DNA of 64,000 nucleotides from Coniocarpon cinnabarinum (lineage: Eukaryota): the NCBI GenBank assembly GCA_051942205.1, contig JAVECO010000033.1:1-64000 (forward strand), written 5' to 3'. Under the pieces are notes generated by a model. It saw only the letters and a program-made list of their open reading frames with translations. It had not been told where the DNA came from and did not search any database. The position numbers were made by a program, and so were the translations under genes. This document shows positions 1-11,012 of the stretch, piece after piece; within the stretch, counting starts at the first letter, position 1; the number at the start of each line of letters is the position of its first letter.

Positions 1-1004
1 CCCTCCCCCCCCAGGTCTCATCAAATCACCGCTGGACCCTGGGCCTGACGGAACTGGACTTGCCTGCGTGCGTGCTCTGCCTTCTTTTCCATTTCATCAC
101 CTCATTCACTCTCGCTGGGCGCAGCCTTGTTTGTCGGTCCACTCGCTCGCCCTCGTTTCCTCGTTCCCTCCTTTCCACACCCATCCCCTCCAGCTCTGCC
201 CTACCTATCTCCAGTCATCATCCTTCTCCTCCGCCTTCCATTACCGCTCCATTTTTTCTTCCCATCTCGCCGTCTCGGTCTCGCGCCTGCTGCTCCGCCT
301 GTTTCTTTGTCGCCTTCGTCTTCGCTTCTCACGATCCTTGTTTGCACCCTTTCCAGCCTCGGTTTCAGCCCTACTCTGGCCCTTTCTCGCACATTCCTCA
401 CTTTGGCCGCAATCTCATCGGCCGCCCCTGTCCGCCTAATTCCTCCCTGTTGATCGGGGCCTCCCACCCAGACATTGCAACGATTATCACCATCCCGCTA
501 CTGCACTCTCTACACCAGATCCTTCAGACTTCTGCGCAAGTCACTGCTTTGGCTGCCTGCTGACGCCTGTCCCATTCACAGCGCGCAAGCTACTAATTCC
601 CCCCATCAACGCTGCCGCCTAGTGGCCAGGCTGAACCTCCGAGCAAGTTGACACGTGTCATCATCGCATCTTTGGTTTCTCCGTCGCCTTCCGCTGCGCA
701 GACGATCACGCGCACTGGACACATTCAGTAACTGCTTGCGTCGTGGTTATGGTTGGCATCACCCTTGTTGTCGCCGTCGTCTAGTCTATTTCGCGAGACA
801 GCTTTGACGTTGGGTTCGTTTTTTGGAGTGCCAGTGTCCGCTGCGCACGTTGATGCGACCCACGTCTGCCTGACGCTTGACAAACCGAGCAAGCTCATCG
901 TTGCCATGCAAGCTCTTTGTCGCTTGCTCCCCGACTTAAGCCATGGCATCTCAAATCAGCACAACTTCGCCTGTTCCACACCGCGACCGACCTTGAACCT
1001 GGCC

Positions 1005-3113
1005 ATGTCTGCTCCACACGGTCTCAAACGCAGCCGCTCTGGCACGCTGGATGCACTCCCTGCGACCACATTCGGAGACCAACAGTCGCCATCCTCTTCT
1101 GAAATACGGCCGCCACTACCAAAGCGTGTCAAGACTGAGACGTCACTGCCATCGTTTCATGACGAGCAAGCACTGCCAGCGGCTCAGGAATCCGTTGCTG
1201 GGAATTCGAGACCCTTGCTGCTGCCTGAGTCACGTGCGTCAGGAACCAGTGTCAATCCGCTGCTCGATCGACGAGACAGCCGTCACTCTGTCGCTAACAC
1301 TGCGCAACAATCAAAACCGCTGCAACAAGAAGCTGTCAATTCTCCTCATCATCAAGCAGACACAACCTCTTATGCTGGCAGTGTATTCTGCCAAGGGCAT
1401 TCGCCAGACCATAATAGATGCTCTTCAAAGGACCAGCCTGTGACTGGGCCATCGTCCACCATGTCAGAATCTCAACGACTGAAAGTGAGGGATGCGATCC
1501 AGTGGGAGTTTAACCAATTGATCCTCAAGAAGCACGAGGAGCTCCGCCTCATCGAGCAGGAACAGGCCAAGGTCCAAATTGCTCTGGAGCAATTGCGCCG
1601 TTGTCGTCAAATACCATATCCCGGCCATGCAGCTTCAGCCGATTCAGTCGATCAACTGCTCGACGGCACCGGACCCGCTATTGCCTCTCGCCCTGGCAAC
1701 CCTCAGCCGTCAAGTCCGGCCGGCTGGGGCGTTACTGATGGCCCGTACACGAAGCACTATGCCAGATGGCTCATTCCAGACCCGCAATTTGATGCAGATA
1801 TCCCTGCTGAAAAGTCCAGGGTCGCGAACGGGGGCTTCGCCGGCTCCAGAACGCGAGCAAATGAAACCAGCACCTTACACCGACGTCAGCGACAATCAAC
1901 AGGAGGTAGAAATGACGTCGCAACGAGCACTTTGACGGACCGAGTTCCCAATACTCCCAAAGAAAAATCTGCCAGCTTTCCTCAGATCATGAAGCGAGAT
2001 GATAACGGGCAGTGGGTGCAATTGGTGTGCCGTGAGTGTGGCACTGAGACTTTCAGAAGTGTCCAAGGCTTTATGAACCACATGCGCATCCAACACGAGA
2101 TCCGTCTCAGAAGTCATGCGCATGCTGCGCGGGACTACGGTGTAGCTGTCGACGGCCCAAGTGCTCCGTTTGAGAAGCCCAGTCAGGATTCATCGAACTC
2201 CAGTGTGACAATTGCGAGACCTTCCACTGGCCAGGCACACCCATTGAATGCGCCATCGATTGGACAGACGAAGAAGGTGTTGCAAAGTCAAGCTCGGCCA
2301 GGTGTGTCGAATCCTTCACTGGGTGAGTTGATTGAGTTGTCTCCTCTCGATACTGGTGCTCCAAAGAGTGAAGAAAAGGGCAAGACCGGTCCTGGCGCAG
2401 TACCATCGTCAAGCATACCGGCGTTGTCGAACATAGCGGGGAAGCTGGGTGGAAGCCAGAATCTTGAGCAGTTACACCTTCAGATGTCGAAAAGAGTTGA
2501 CCTAGACGCAATTGAACCGTTGATTCCAGATAGTGAAGTGGAGGAGGACGTGCCCGCACAGAGCGGCTCGGAGTGGCGGAGACGCCCAGGTCAGATGCAA
2601 ATTGGTGCGAGAGCGCCGCCAGCATCTGGCGCGCGCGTCCAAAACAAGCCGCCGAGCATCCAGGTGCCGGTAGATGTTAGTGGAGGAGTGAGCCACGCGA
2701 GCACATCCTTCGATCAGTCGTGGTCATCATCGCCGCATGGAACTTATCGACAGGGCACATTGTCTCCGATGACGTTTGTCTCTCATCAAGACACTCAGAT
2801 GCATGACCTTTCGCCACACGCGAACATGCCGGGCCTGGTTACAGATCATGAAGACGATGAGGACATGGAGGATGAGGCCAAGTCTGTGATCGAGCATCCA
2901 GTTGTAGGTCAGCAGAATGTTCAGATCATTTCTGAACACGGATACCATGACATGAGTGATATTGCTGCTGAAGGCAAGGATTCGATACCCGATTGGCATC
3001 CACATCAGCCTTTTGATCATCATCATTTTCCGAATACCTCACCTCAAGTGCCCGTGGAGAAGAAGCGCCGAGGACGTCCGAACAAGAAAGGCAAAGAGAA
3101 GGCCGCCAAGTGA
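1005..3113 (+). CDS. Ahc1-like (ADA HAT complex component 1-like) nuclear protein with coiled coil and C2H2-type zinc finger
   Basis: Long single ORF containing LILKKHEELRLIEQEQAKVQIALEQLRRCRQIPYP, GVTDGPYTKHYARWLIPDPQFD and CRECGTETFRSVQGFMNHMRIQH (CxxC...HxxxxH). Basic C-terminus KKRRGRPNKK. Start chosen at gccATG 1005; an alternative ATG lies at 906. Confidence 0.7.
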   Translation: MSAPHGLKRSRSGTLDALPATTFGDQQSPSSSEIRPPLPKRVKTETSLPSFHDEQALPAAQESVAGNSRPLLLPESRASGTSVNPLLDRRDSRHSVANTAQQSKPLQQEAVNSPHHQADTTSYAGSVFCQGHSPDHNRCSSKDQPVTGPSSTMSESQRLKVRDAIQWEFNQLILKKHEELRLIEQEQAKVQIALEQLRRCRQIPYPGHAASADSVDQLLDGTGPAIASRPGNPQPSSPAGWGVTDGPYTKHYARWLIPDPQFDADIPAEKSRVANGGFAGSRTRANETSTLHRRQRQSTGGRNDVATSTLTDRVPNTPKEKSASFPQIMKRDDNGQWVQLVCRECGTETFRSVQGFMNHMRIQHEIRLRSHAHAARDYGVAVDGPSAPFEKPSQDSSNSSVTIARPSTGQAHPLNAPSIGQTKKVLQSQARPGVSNPSLGELIELSPLDTGAPKSEEKGKTGPGAVPSSSIPALSNIAGKLGGSQNLEQLHLQMSKRVDLDAIEPLIPDSEVEEDVPAQSGSEWRRRPGQMQIGARAPPASGARVQNKPPSIQVPVDVSGGVSHASTSFDQSWSSSPHGTYRQGTLSPMTFVSHQDTQMHDLSPHANMPGLVTDHEDDEDMEDEAKSVIEHPVVGQQNVQIISEHGYHDMSDIAAEGKDSIPDWHPHQPFDHHHFPNTSPQVPVEKKRRGRPNKKGKEKAAK

Positions 3114-3515
3114 GGCTCGAGATGTATGTTCAACTTCATCCGGTCGCAAATATTATCGCCGCTCTGCTTGATTTTCATAAAAAGTGCATGGCGTTGGTGG
3201 AGGCTCGAGAGCTCAAAATCGGCTCTGCGGATGGCAAATTTGGCTGAGTGGATCAGTCATATTAGTTTGGTACCTTCTTGTAATATACGAATAGACTTTT
3301 AGAGAATGTATTGGAATAGCCAAACCCGGAAAGCCACATGTTCTGCGTTTAATGTCGGGTTTGCTCGATGTCAACGTATATCTTGAAGGTAGAGACGGGC
3401 ACTCGTCTTGCGGCCATTTGCAGATGCTCGTTGTTAGTACAATGCTAGGGCACTCATATGTTGCGTAAGGTTAAGCCATGATCGCGCTGGCTTACGCGCG
3501 GTGCAGTACATCAAT

Positions 3516-3875
3516 TCATGTCCCGATGAGATATGAGACCTGTTAGAAATAGAGCGTCAGTGCGGGCCGTATAGGTGACGGGGATGCCAGGGTACGTATC
3601 GTCAAGCAGCGACGACATCACTTGTTATGAGAATGATGCGCAGTGTGGCTGGATACAAGACAAAGAAAGCGTGGACTTACCGCCATTGCAACACAGCAAA
3701 GACTCACGTATGGGCTGAGTCTCTCGCCGATTCTGGCACACTTCCAAAAGACCCCGAGAATGCCGTCCTTGTGACGATCCATGGGTCCGGGAAAGACGCC
3801 ATGGGCATATGTTGAGCTGCAGATGACCAGCAGGAGGACCAGAAGGAGGGAGTGGAAGTTGAAAAGCGCCGACAT
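3516..3875 (-). CDS. KSH1: Protein Kish (TMEM167/Ksh1, DUF1242), 72 aa, 2 exons (3875-3681, 3539-3516)
   Basis: MSALFNFHSLLLVLLLVICSSTY...GVFWKCARIGERLSPYVSLCCVAMA; GTAAGT donor at 3680 and CTAACAG acceptor give terminal VSYLIGT*. Confidence 0.9.
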
Positions 3876-4289
3876 TGGACGTCGGTCTTGCAGGTCAAGG
3901 CTCGAGTATAGAGAGAGTAGTAGGTGGGGGAGGGCGGTTGAGCGAAGAATGAAGATATCAAACTGAAGACGACCTCAAAGAAGCCAGTATTTACGCAAGC
4001 GAAGGCTCGGTTTCGTAAGTCTTGGTTGTCTAATGGAGGTGATGCAGTGTGGAGGGTGGAATCAAGAGGGCTGTTGACCAGTTTCGCGGTGTGGCCTTTG
4101 CGTCCTCACTTCCCAGGCTGTCTCGTCGCGGACTGTTTCCGCCTTTCATGTGACACAGCTCTTGCTCTCCAGCCTCCATTCGCGTCTCTGCCACCTCATT
4201 CAACATCCTCCCACACCTCGAGCAAAAGCCATTCGGCTCCCGTAAGGCGTCTGCCCTCTGGCAGTGGCAGCGCGTTGTCACTTCTCAAC

Positions 4290-7200
4290 ATGCCTTCCGC
4301 TCGGGCTCGCGCCAGCTTCGAGCCAATCCCTCCCGACTTCGACCTGAAAGCGCTCGTAGAAGAGACGTCCCACTTCCAATATGTCGATCGCATTTCTTGC
4401 GATATGATTGATCAACAAGGCATTGAGGCCTTCGATAAGCTCGTGCTGTTACATGTCATTATTGGCGGCAAACCACTGGTCATAGATGGCTATGATTCTC
4501 GACTCGACGAATGGACCTTTTCTAGCAAGTGGCTGCAAGACAATCATGGCGCCAAGGTCGAAACGGCGCGTAATATTACAAAAGCCGAGAGCCTGCCACT
4601 CACAATCGGCCACTATCTGAAGAACATGGGCAAGCTGACTGATCAATACTTCGAACGTCCTGACAATCATAAGGACAAGGATCGGCAGCGCATCTACCTC
4701 AAGGACATAGATCCACCACCCGTCTGGGTCGACAAGCTCAAGGAGCAGCTTCCGCCCAACCTGTTCTATTTTAATGAAAGCTGTGGAGAGTTCGGAGGAC
4801 CCGGGGCAGACCTCGAGAAATACCCCACCGGCGGCACAAGAAGAGGAAGAGGGATTGCGCCTGCCGGCGACTTGATGAGTAGCCTGCCATCGCAAATGCG
4901 TGCTGAGAATATTATGTGCTACATTGGCCACGAAGGAACGTATACTCCTGCGCATCGGGAAATGTGCGCAAGCTTGGGTCATAACATCATGGTGGAAAAC
5001 TCGAACCTGCTTGGCGATGACGGGAAGCCAGAGAAGCCAGGATCCTCGATATGGTTCATGACTGAATCGAAAGATCGCCAGACAGTGGCCGAGTATTGGC
5101 TGTCGATACTTGGCCACGACATTGAAGTGGAAAAGCACTTTGCACAGATCGCTGCTTGGAAGAAGGCTCCTTTCACGGTCTATGTCTGTGAGCAGAGGGC
5201 GGGTGACTTCATACTCATCCCACCGCTTGCGCCACATCAAGTATGGAACCGAGGCACGAGAACGATGAAAGTAGCTTGGAACCGGACAACCGTGGAGACT
5301 TTGGAGATGGCTATGAACGAAGCACTGCCAAAGGCCAAGATGGTTTGCCGTGACGAGCAGTACAAAAACAAGGCGATTGTCTACTACACTCTTCATAAGT
5401 ACGAGAGTCTGCTCAACAAGTGGCGGGATCTTTTGCGCACTGCACCGAGCCCCCAAGAACAAAACACACTAAGGAACAGTCCGAAGATTCGGCAATTGCA
5501 AAAAGATTTCAAGCGCTTACTCAGACTGTTCCGTGATATGTTGCTGTCAGAAATGTTCGCTCCTGATTCCACAGAACGCAAAGTCCAATTCCTTCCCTTT
5601 GATGGGAACGTGACATGTGCATATTGTCGCGGCAACATTTTTAATCGATTCTTGAGTTGTCCATCCTGTGAGCTGGCGCTTGGCACAGAACAAGCAGAGC
5701 CGTACGATATTTGCATGGATTGCTACGCAATGGGTCGAAGTTGTGCCTGCATCTCAAAGCTGACATGGACCGAGCAGTTCAAATGGAAGGACCTCATTGC
5801 GAGGTACGAGACGTGGCGCAGACTGTACATCGAACTCGACAACGGCAGAGCGTTAGAAGGAACACCTCTGACCATTCAAGAAGAGCGAGCGAAGTACCCG
5901 AAGAATACTCTGGCTCAAATCTGTCAGTACCAGCTCAAGCGAAGACCTTGGATTGACATTGCAAAGCCACCTTCTGAGGATGAAGGCTCGGAAAGCGAAG
6001 AGAATGACCAAATTGAGTATGCGGAAGACGGTACCATAAAGAAGAAGAAGCACAAGAAGAAAAGAACCGAAGCTTGGTTCAAGAACAATCGACCTTGTCA
6101 TGTCTGCGCGCACAGACATCCACGTTGGAAGATGGCCGAGTGTACATGTGGACGGTGTTGGTGCTATGGCACGCTCTTCCGGGGCCACGATGTAATGCCG
6201 CAGACGGTGATGGAAGATCCAAACTGGAAGTGTCCCCATTGTCAAGGTATTTGCTCCGCGGGCAATTGCCGCCGAGACCCTCGCCAAAAGCCATACGAAC
6301 CTAAAGGCACGCTGCTCGGTCACGACACGAGAGCAGTTGCGGATGTTCGATCTGTGGAGTCTCTAGTCGACTTTTCGGTCTCGAATCTCACCTGGCTGAA
6401 GGAGAGTGTCGAGATACCCGCGGAGAACGCGCGGCTGCGAAAGAAGGCCGAAGAAGCGCAGAGAGCAAAGAATCACGACACAGCGCATCTCAACGAACAG
6501 CACTACGCCAATGAAGAAGACGCTGCTCAGGACGCGACCGTGATGGATCGCTCTGGGATCGAGTACAGCCCAGAACGGACCGGTACTTTGGTCGAGCCAG
6601 GCGTGAGTCACAACGAGCCTTCTTTCATCGACCCATCTCTTCTCGGTGACGAGACACAACAGCCTGCAGAGGAGTCACTGCTGCCGGTTGCCGCATTATT
6701 AAATCGTGAGCGAGAGCCCGACGACTCACATAATCCAAATGAGGGATACCGTCCGGCCCATCAATCAGGATTCGTTGCACCGCATGCTGTCATGTATGGT
6801 GAAAACGCTGATACCGCAAGCGCGGAGCGACCAGCCGCCGCAGAAACGGGCGGTGACGCCACCGGCAATCGCACGAAACTCACAGCTGAGCAACTAGCCG
6901 CAATCAAAGCTCGCATGACTGCCAAGGCTAATGCTCGTCGAGAATCCGGTCCAGTCTCGGGTGCAACGAAGCAATATCGCAAGGAATATGAGCGCCGTGC
7001 TTTGGAAGAGGCACGCAGGAAAGGGCGTTTTATTCAGGTTTCTGCTGCGCTGAAGGGCAAAACGAAAGTAATACGGTTGCGTATCTCATCATCTCGACTT
7101 CGTCACTTCCGGAACATCGTTCAAAACCCGACCAATGACCTCCTCCGTTCTGACGTTCAGCCTCAAGATCCGCAAGCTGCCTCTGGCTCGAAACCCACGG

Positions 7201-8081
7201 GTTACGCTGCCAGGAAGGAAAAGGCTGTGCGCGTGCTAACGGAGCATGACGATGATTTTAGGACACGGAAACGCAAGAGAGGTCCACAAAAACCCAGAAA
7301 TCAAGCAAGGGATGTCGAAGAGATTGATTTGCCATCGGATCCTGAGGAAGAAGCGGATGAAGCGGCGACACAGGAAGGCGCTCTGGAGGTCACTGATGGT
7401 GGTCGTAAACGCCGACGGGTATCGCAATGGCAAGCTCGACGGGCTGCTGAGGGTGGGGATGACAACGTGGACGCAGAGGCCGATGGAGGTGAAGAACCTT
7501 CACCGAAAGCTATTGATGGTCGCAAGACGAAGGCTTTGCCGCTACGAGATTCCAAAGGAAGTTTTATCAAAAGCAGCAAAATACGTCCGAGTCAACCGCT
7601 TACGAAGCGAACGCCCAAACCAGCCGGAAAAACCACGACGCAGAACAGCAACAGCAAATTGGCTGGTAAAAGCCCTGCGATACGTCCATCAGAAAGGCCC
7701 GTATCGCAGGTTGATGGCACTGTTGAAGTATCCAGTGACTCCTCTTCGAGCGATGAAGAAGAAGGTTTGTTCAGTAGCGTGAGGAGCACAGCTGCTAAGG
7801 CCATCAACAGCATGTCCTCGGTTTTCAATGGCCAAGCGACGGATCAAGACGGGGCAAATCGAAGAGCCAAGCTCGAGGCTGCGGGTATGCTCGACAATGT
7901 AGATCATGGCTCGGAGGACGAGGATGAAGGAGAAGAGGACGGCGCTTTCGTGAAGCCCGTGGCTACGTCCAGTGCTACGAATGGGATTCAGAAGGCCGGT
8001 CCTCCAACTTCTATACTTGATAGAAGAAATGGACCTGGCAATGGAAAAAGGATAAAGATTGTGGGCTCGAAGAAGCGCTAA
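4290..8081 (+). CDS. JmjC-domain protein with Cys-rich region and zf-4CXXC_R1 (CDCA7-like) zinc finger; Neurospora DMM-1-like architecture
   Basis: JmjC metal ligands in GHEGTYTPAHRE and PPLAPHQVWN; Cys clusters CAYC, CPSC, CMDC, CHVC, CTCGRCWC, CPHCQGICSAGNCRR; long acidic/basic tail. Confidence 0.8.
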   Translation: MPSARARASFEPIPPDFDLKALVEETSHFQYVDRISCDMIDQQGIEAFDKLVLLHVIIGGKPLVIDGYDSRLDEWTFSSKWLQDNHGAKVETARNITKAESLPLTIGHYLKNMGKLTDQYFERPDNHKDKDRQRIYLKDIDPPPVWVDKLKEQLPPNLFYFNESCGEFGGPGADLEKYPTGGTRRGRGIAPAGDLMSSLPSQMRAENIMCYIGHEGTYTPAHREMCASLGHNIMVENSNLLGDDGKPEKPGSSIWFMTESKDRQTVAEYWLSILGHDIEVEKHFAQIAAWKKAPFTVYVCEQRAGDFILIPPLAPHQVWNRGTRTMKVAWNRTTVETLEMAMNEALPKAKMVCRDEQYKNKAIVYYTLHKYESLLNKWRDLLRTAPSPQEQNTLRNSPKIRQLQKDFKRLLRLFRDMLLSEMFAPDSTERKVQFLPFDGNVTCAYCRGNIFNRFLSCPSCELALGTEQAEPYDICMDCYAMGRSCACISKLTWTEQFKWKDLIARYETWRRLYIELDNGRALEGTPLTIQEERAKYPKNTLAQICQYQLKRRPWIDIAKPPSEDEGSESEENDQIEYAEDGTIKKKKHKKKRTEAWFKNNRPCHVCAHRHPRWKMAECTCGRCWCYGTLFRGHDVMPQTVMEDPNWKCPHCQGICSAGNCRRDPRQKPYEPKGTLLGHDTRAVADVRSVESLVDFSVSNLTWLKESVEIPAENARLRKKAEEAQRAKNHDTAHLNEQHYANEEDAAQDATVMDRSGIEYSPERTGTLVEPGVSHNEPSFIDPSLLGDETQQPAEESLLPVAALLNREREPDDSHNPNEGYRPAHQSGFVAPHAVMYGENADTASAERPAAAETGGDATGNRTKLTAEQLAAIKARMTAKANARRESGPVSGATKQYRKEYERRALEEARRKGRFIQVSAALKGKTKVIRLRISSSRLRHFRNIVQNPTNDLLRSDVQPQDPQAASGSKPTGYAARKEKAVRVLTEHDDDFRTRKRKRGPQKPRNQARDVEEIDLPSDPEEEADEAATQEGALEVTDGGRKRRRVSQWQARRAAEGGDDNVDAEADGGEEPSPKAIDGRKTKALPLRDSKGSFIKSSKIRPSQPLTKRTPKPAGKTTTQNSNSKLAGKSPAIRPSERPVSQVDGTVEVSSDSSSSDEEEGLFSSVRSTAAKAINSMSSVFNGQATDQDGANRRAKLEAAGMLDNVDHGSEDEDEGEEDGAFVKPVATSSATNGIQKAGPPTSILDRRNGPGNGKRIKIVGSKKR

Positions 8082-8288
8082 TATCTTCTGGTGCTCTGTT
8101 GGGTTTTTGCTAGTGCGCGCCAGGGCGACGTATGGAGTTTTGTCGATGGCTTTGTCGAATTAACAATAGCCGGGACCATGACTGATGTCGCTTTCGAGAT
8201 GTACAATGCATATAGATACCCAGCGAAGATCCTTTCCATGCTCCACAGTCTTCTGTTCTTGAGAACCAACCACATCCCAAACAGCGCT

Positions 8289-8930
8289 TCAACTCTTCCT
8301 GTCGTCCTTCTCGACCAGATCACCGACCCCTAATCCTCTCCCCACTTTCACCTTTCTCTTCTTCTCCTTCTTTTTCGCAGCCCCCTCCTTCTTCCCAGCA
8401 TCACCCACTGCCTCGCCTTCATCCTCATCTCTGACCTCCTTCTCTTCCGCCTCCTCAATATCTAGCCGCATACACCACGCGTCCTCGCCATCTGCGTAGT
8501 ACTTCTGCTCCACCCGGTCTTTATTAAACCCCAGGCGACCAGTGTACAGCCCAATCGCCGCATCATTACTACATCTCACATGCAAACTCACATCCCTCGC
8601 GCCATAATACTCCCGCATGGCCCTCGTCGCCTGCCGCATTAATTTCTGAGCGAGTCCCAGTCGTCGATGCGTCCGCATCACGGACAGACTCGTGATATGG
8701 CCGGTAGTCGGATGATCTTCGTCCATTTTCGCGAGGACATAGCCGACGATTTTGGGCGGCGCCGTGGGGTGCGCGAGGCTGTAGGAGGTATCGATTGCGA
8801 CGTGGGAGAGCTGCGGCCAGGAGAGCGCGTGGTAGAGGTAGTATTTTAGGAAGTAGTTTTCGGGGAGGTTGGAGAGGTTGCAGGTTTGGACGTTGGGGAT
8901 GTCGGAGGGGTGGAGGACGCGGATGTCCAT
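8289..8930 (-). CDS. ARD1: NatA N-terminal acetyltransferase catalytic subunit
   Basis: [64 protein letters not shown]. Confidence 0.95.
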   Translation of the reverse strand: MDIRVLHPSDIPNVQTCNLSNLPENYFLKYYLYHALSWPQLSHVAIDTSYSLAHPTAPPKIVGYVLAKMDEDHPTTGHITSLSVMRTHRRLGLAQKLMRQATRAMREYYGARDVSLHVRCSNDAAIGLYTGRLGFNKDRVEQKYYADGEDAWCMRLDIEEAEEKEVRDEDEGEAVGDAGKKEGAAKKKEKKRKVKVGRGLGVGDLVEKDDRKS

Positions 8931-9670
8931 GGTGTGTTTGTGTGGGTCTAAGTGTGGCGCTCCAGAGGATGTGAGACCTAACGGAGAGTTGGGCGAGGGC
9001 AGGGAGAACGAGCGAGGTGTCGTGGTGAGTCTGGGGCTGGTGGAGGTGTTTGTAGCGACGTGGCCCTGAGGTCAGATTTGGGTCGGCCGGATGATGAAGC
9101 ACGAGCTACCGAATGCAGGTAACAGCGGCAGTGCGGGTTGCTTTTCAAGTCGCCAAGAGGAAGCTAAAGCTGTGCGAAATATGCAGTAAGACCTTTCTTG
9201 ACTTTCAAAGCGTGAGAGGTGAAGAGGACATGAGCAGCTGCAGGGCTGTTCGAGATCTCTACTCTAGAAAAGCATCCGTGCGCTCGGCTTTCGAGTCATG
9301 ATACAGCTTTGCCATATACAGGAATATGTGCTCTCAAGTCTTGGTGCTATGTTCATCCGTTACCTCCAGGCTGCCCGAAATCGACTGAAGATCTAAGACT
9401 CTGGTATACGCGAAGCAAAGAAGTGAGCGAAATTTGTCACCTAATCTCGAAGACCTTGAGCCAGTCTAGACTGTTTGATGTTGATCTCCCTTGCCCAAAG
9501 CGTCACCACAAGCGCCAAGCCAGTAGTGTGGGAGCAGCCGGAGTCCGCGCGTAAATGCTTCTCGGATACTAATCTGATACTAATCTGACAAACACAATCA
9601 GACACCGCAAAAGCGGGAGTCGAATCTCGATCCAAAAAGCAAACAACACAGTCATCGCTGCTATCGCAAA

Positions 9671-10887
9671 ATGGAGGCTCGTCGAAAATCTTTGCTCATT
9701 GGCATTAATTACTTTGGGTCTCAGCATGAGCTACAAGGCTGCATACAAGATATCATGAATGTGCGCGGGTTTCTGGACTGGGTTGGGTATCCTAATGACG
9801 AGCGTTCACAAGTTATAATGTAAATATCTCAAGCTTACAGTACCTGACCCTGCTGCTAACAAAGGTCGGCGCCAGGACTGACGAGCGACAAGGATCATAT
9901 TACCCAAACGGGCACAACATTGTAGCTGCAATGGACTGGCTTGTGAGCGAGCCGAACACTGCTTGCTTCCTCCACTACTCTGGACACGGCGGACAGACTC
10001 GGAATGAAGATCGAGTGACTGGCTTCGATGATACACTCGTACCCGTGGATTACGAGACTCGAGGTCAATTGCCCAGCGATGTCCTTCATCAACATCTCGT
10101 CAGTCGACTGCACCCCACAAGTAGTCTATTTGTCATCATGGACTGCTGCCATTCTGGCTCCGCGTTGGAGTTGCCATACGTCTGTGAGTCACTTTGACAC
10201 TTTATGCTTTTGACTTCGACTTCGTATCATGAACCATCAATTGGCCACCAGTGCTGACATCATGTTCTCAGATCATTCGGACGACGACGGAAATGTCAAC
10301 ATGATTGATTCTCTCAAACAAGGGATGAGACTGGTTGGCGCAGCAGACCATTTGATTGAAGGTGGCATGCGGTTCGACTCACAATCTCTCGGCGACGCGA
10401 GGCAACTTCTTGCGGTATGCTTTGGCAACGTACTCAGGCTTGATAAAGCCTCATCCCCTCTGACACACACATTTAGGGCGCAACAGACTTTTTCCATGGT
10501 CTAAAACACATGGGTGAACAGCATGAATCCGGACTCGATTCTGAACGCTTTAGTCACGACTACAGTCAAGAACACAAATTTGCAACGATGTTCTCGGGCT
10601 GCAGGGATGATCAGACAAGCGCCGATGCGTCGATTAGTGGATCACACGTTGGTGCAATGAGCTGGGCATTCCTCGAATGCATGAAAGGCGCCGGTGCGCT
10701 GTCATATTTGCAGGTAAGCAACCAGTGGTTTATGCATACGCAGCATGAGAGATATTGGAGCTGATGCCTTTGTTGTCAGGTCTTGCGGAGAACGCGACAG
10801 ATTCTGAGGAGCAGTAGCTATTCCCAAGTTCCGCAGCTCTCCGTCGGTATCCCGGAGATGCAGCTTGATCAACCTCTGCGCATTTGA
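9671..10887 (+). CDS. Metacaspase (peptidase C14), 5 exons (9671-9819, 9876-10183, 10272-10414, 10477-10713, 10780-10887)
   Basis: RRKSLLIGINY, LQGCIQD, catalytic His in YSGHGG, catalytic Cys in DCCHSG, MFSGCRDDQTSAD, GAMSWAF, QVPQLS. Canonical introns join the ORF fragments in frame. Confidence 0.9.
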
Positions 10888-11012
10888 GTGACGGTCATTG
10901 TGATTAGAAGGCGCTTTCATGCCCTCGAGTGTACAAATGCATGCTGGCAAAACCCGCGCCGGCTATGGGGGAAATGAAACTTCTCGGACGTTGCGTCACA
11001 GACGTCCATGTT

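Noticed and set aside
60..563. Three overlapping ORFs of 108-167 aa at the window start
   Set aside because: They arise from stop-poor CT-rich sequence typical of a fungal promoter or 5' UTR; no ATG start and no recognisable domain.
536..581. Possible GC-AG intron (GCAAGT...GCTGAC...CAG) in the Ahc1-like leader
   Set aside because: It lies in non-coding sequence, so there is no reading-frame test; it cannot be supported without transcripts.
4449..5462. 337-aa antisense ORF and many other shadow ORFs over real genes
   Set aside because: Explained by codon bias of the sense-strand gene; no independent motifs.
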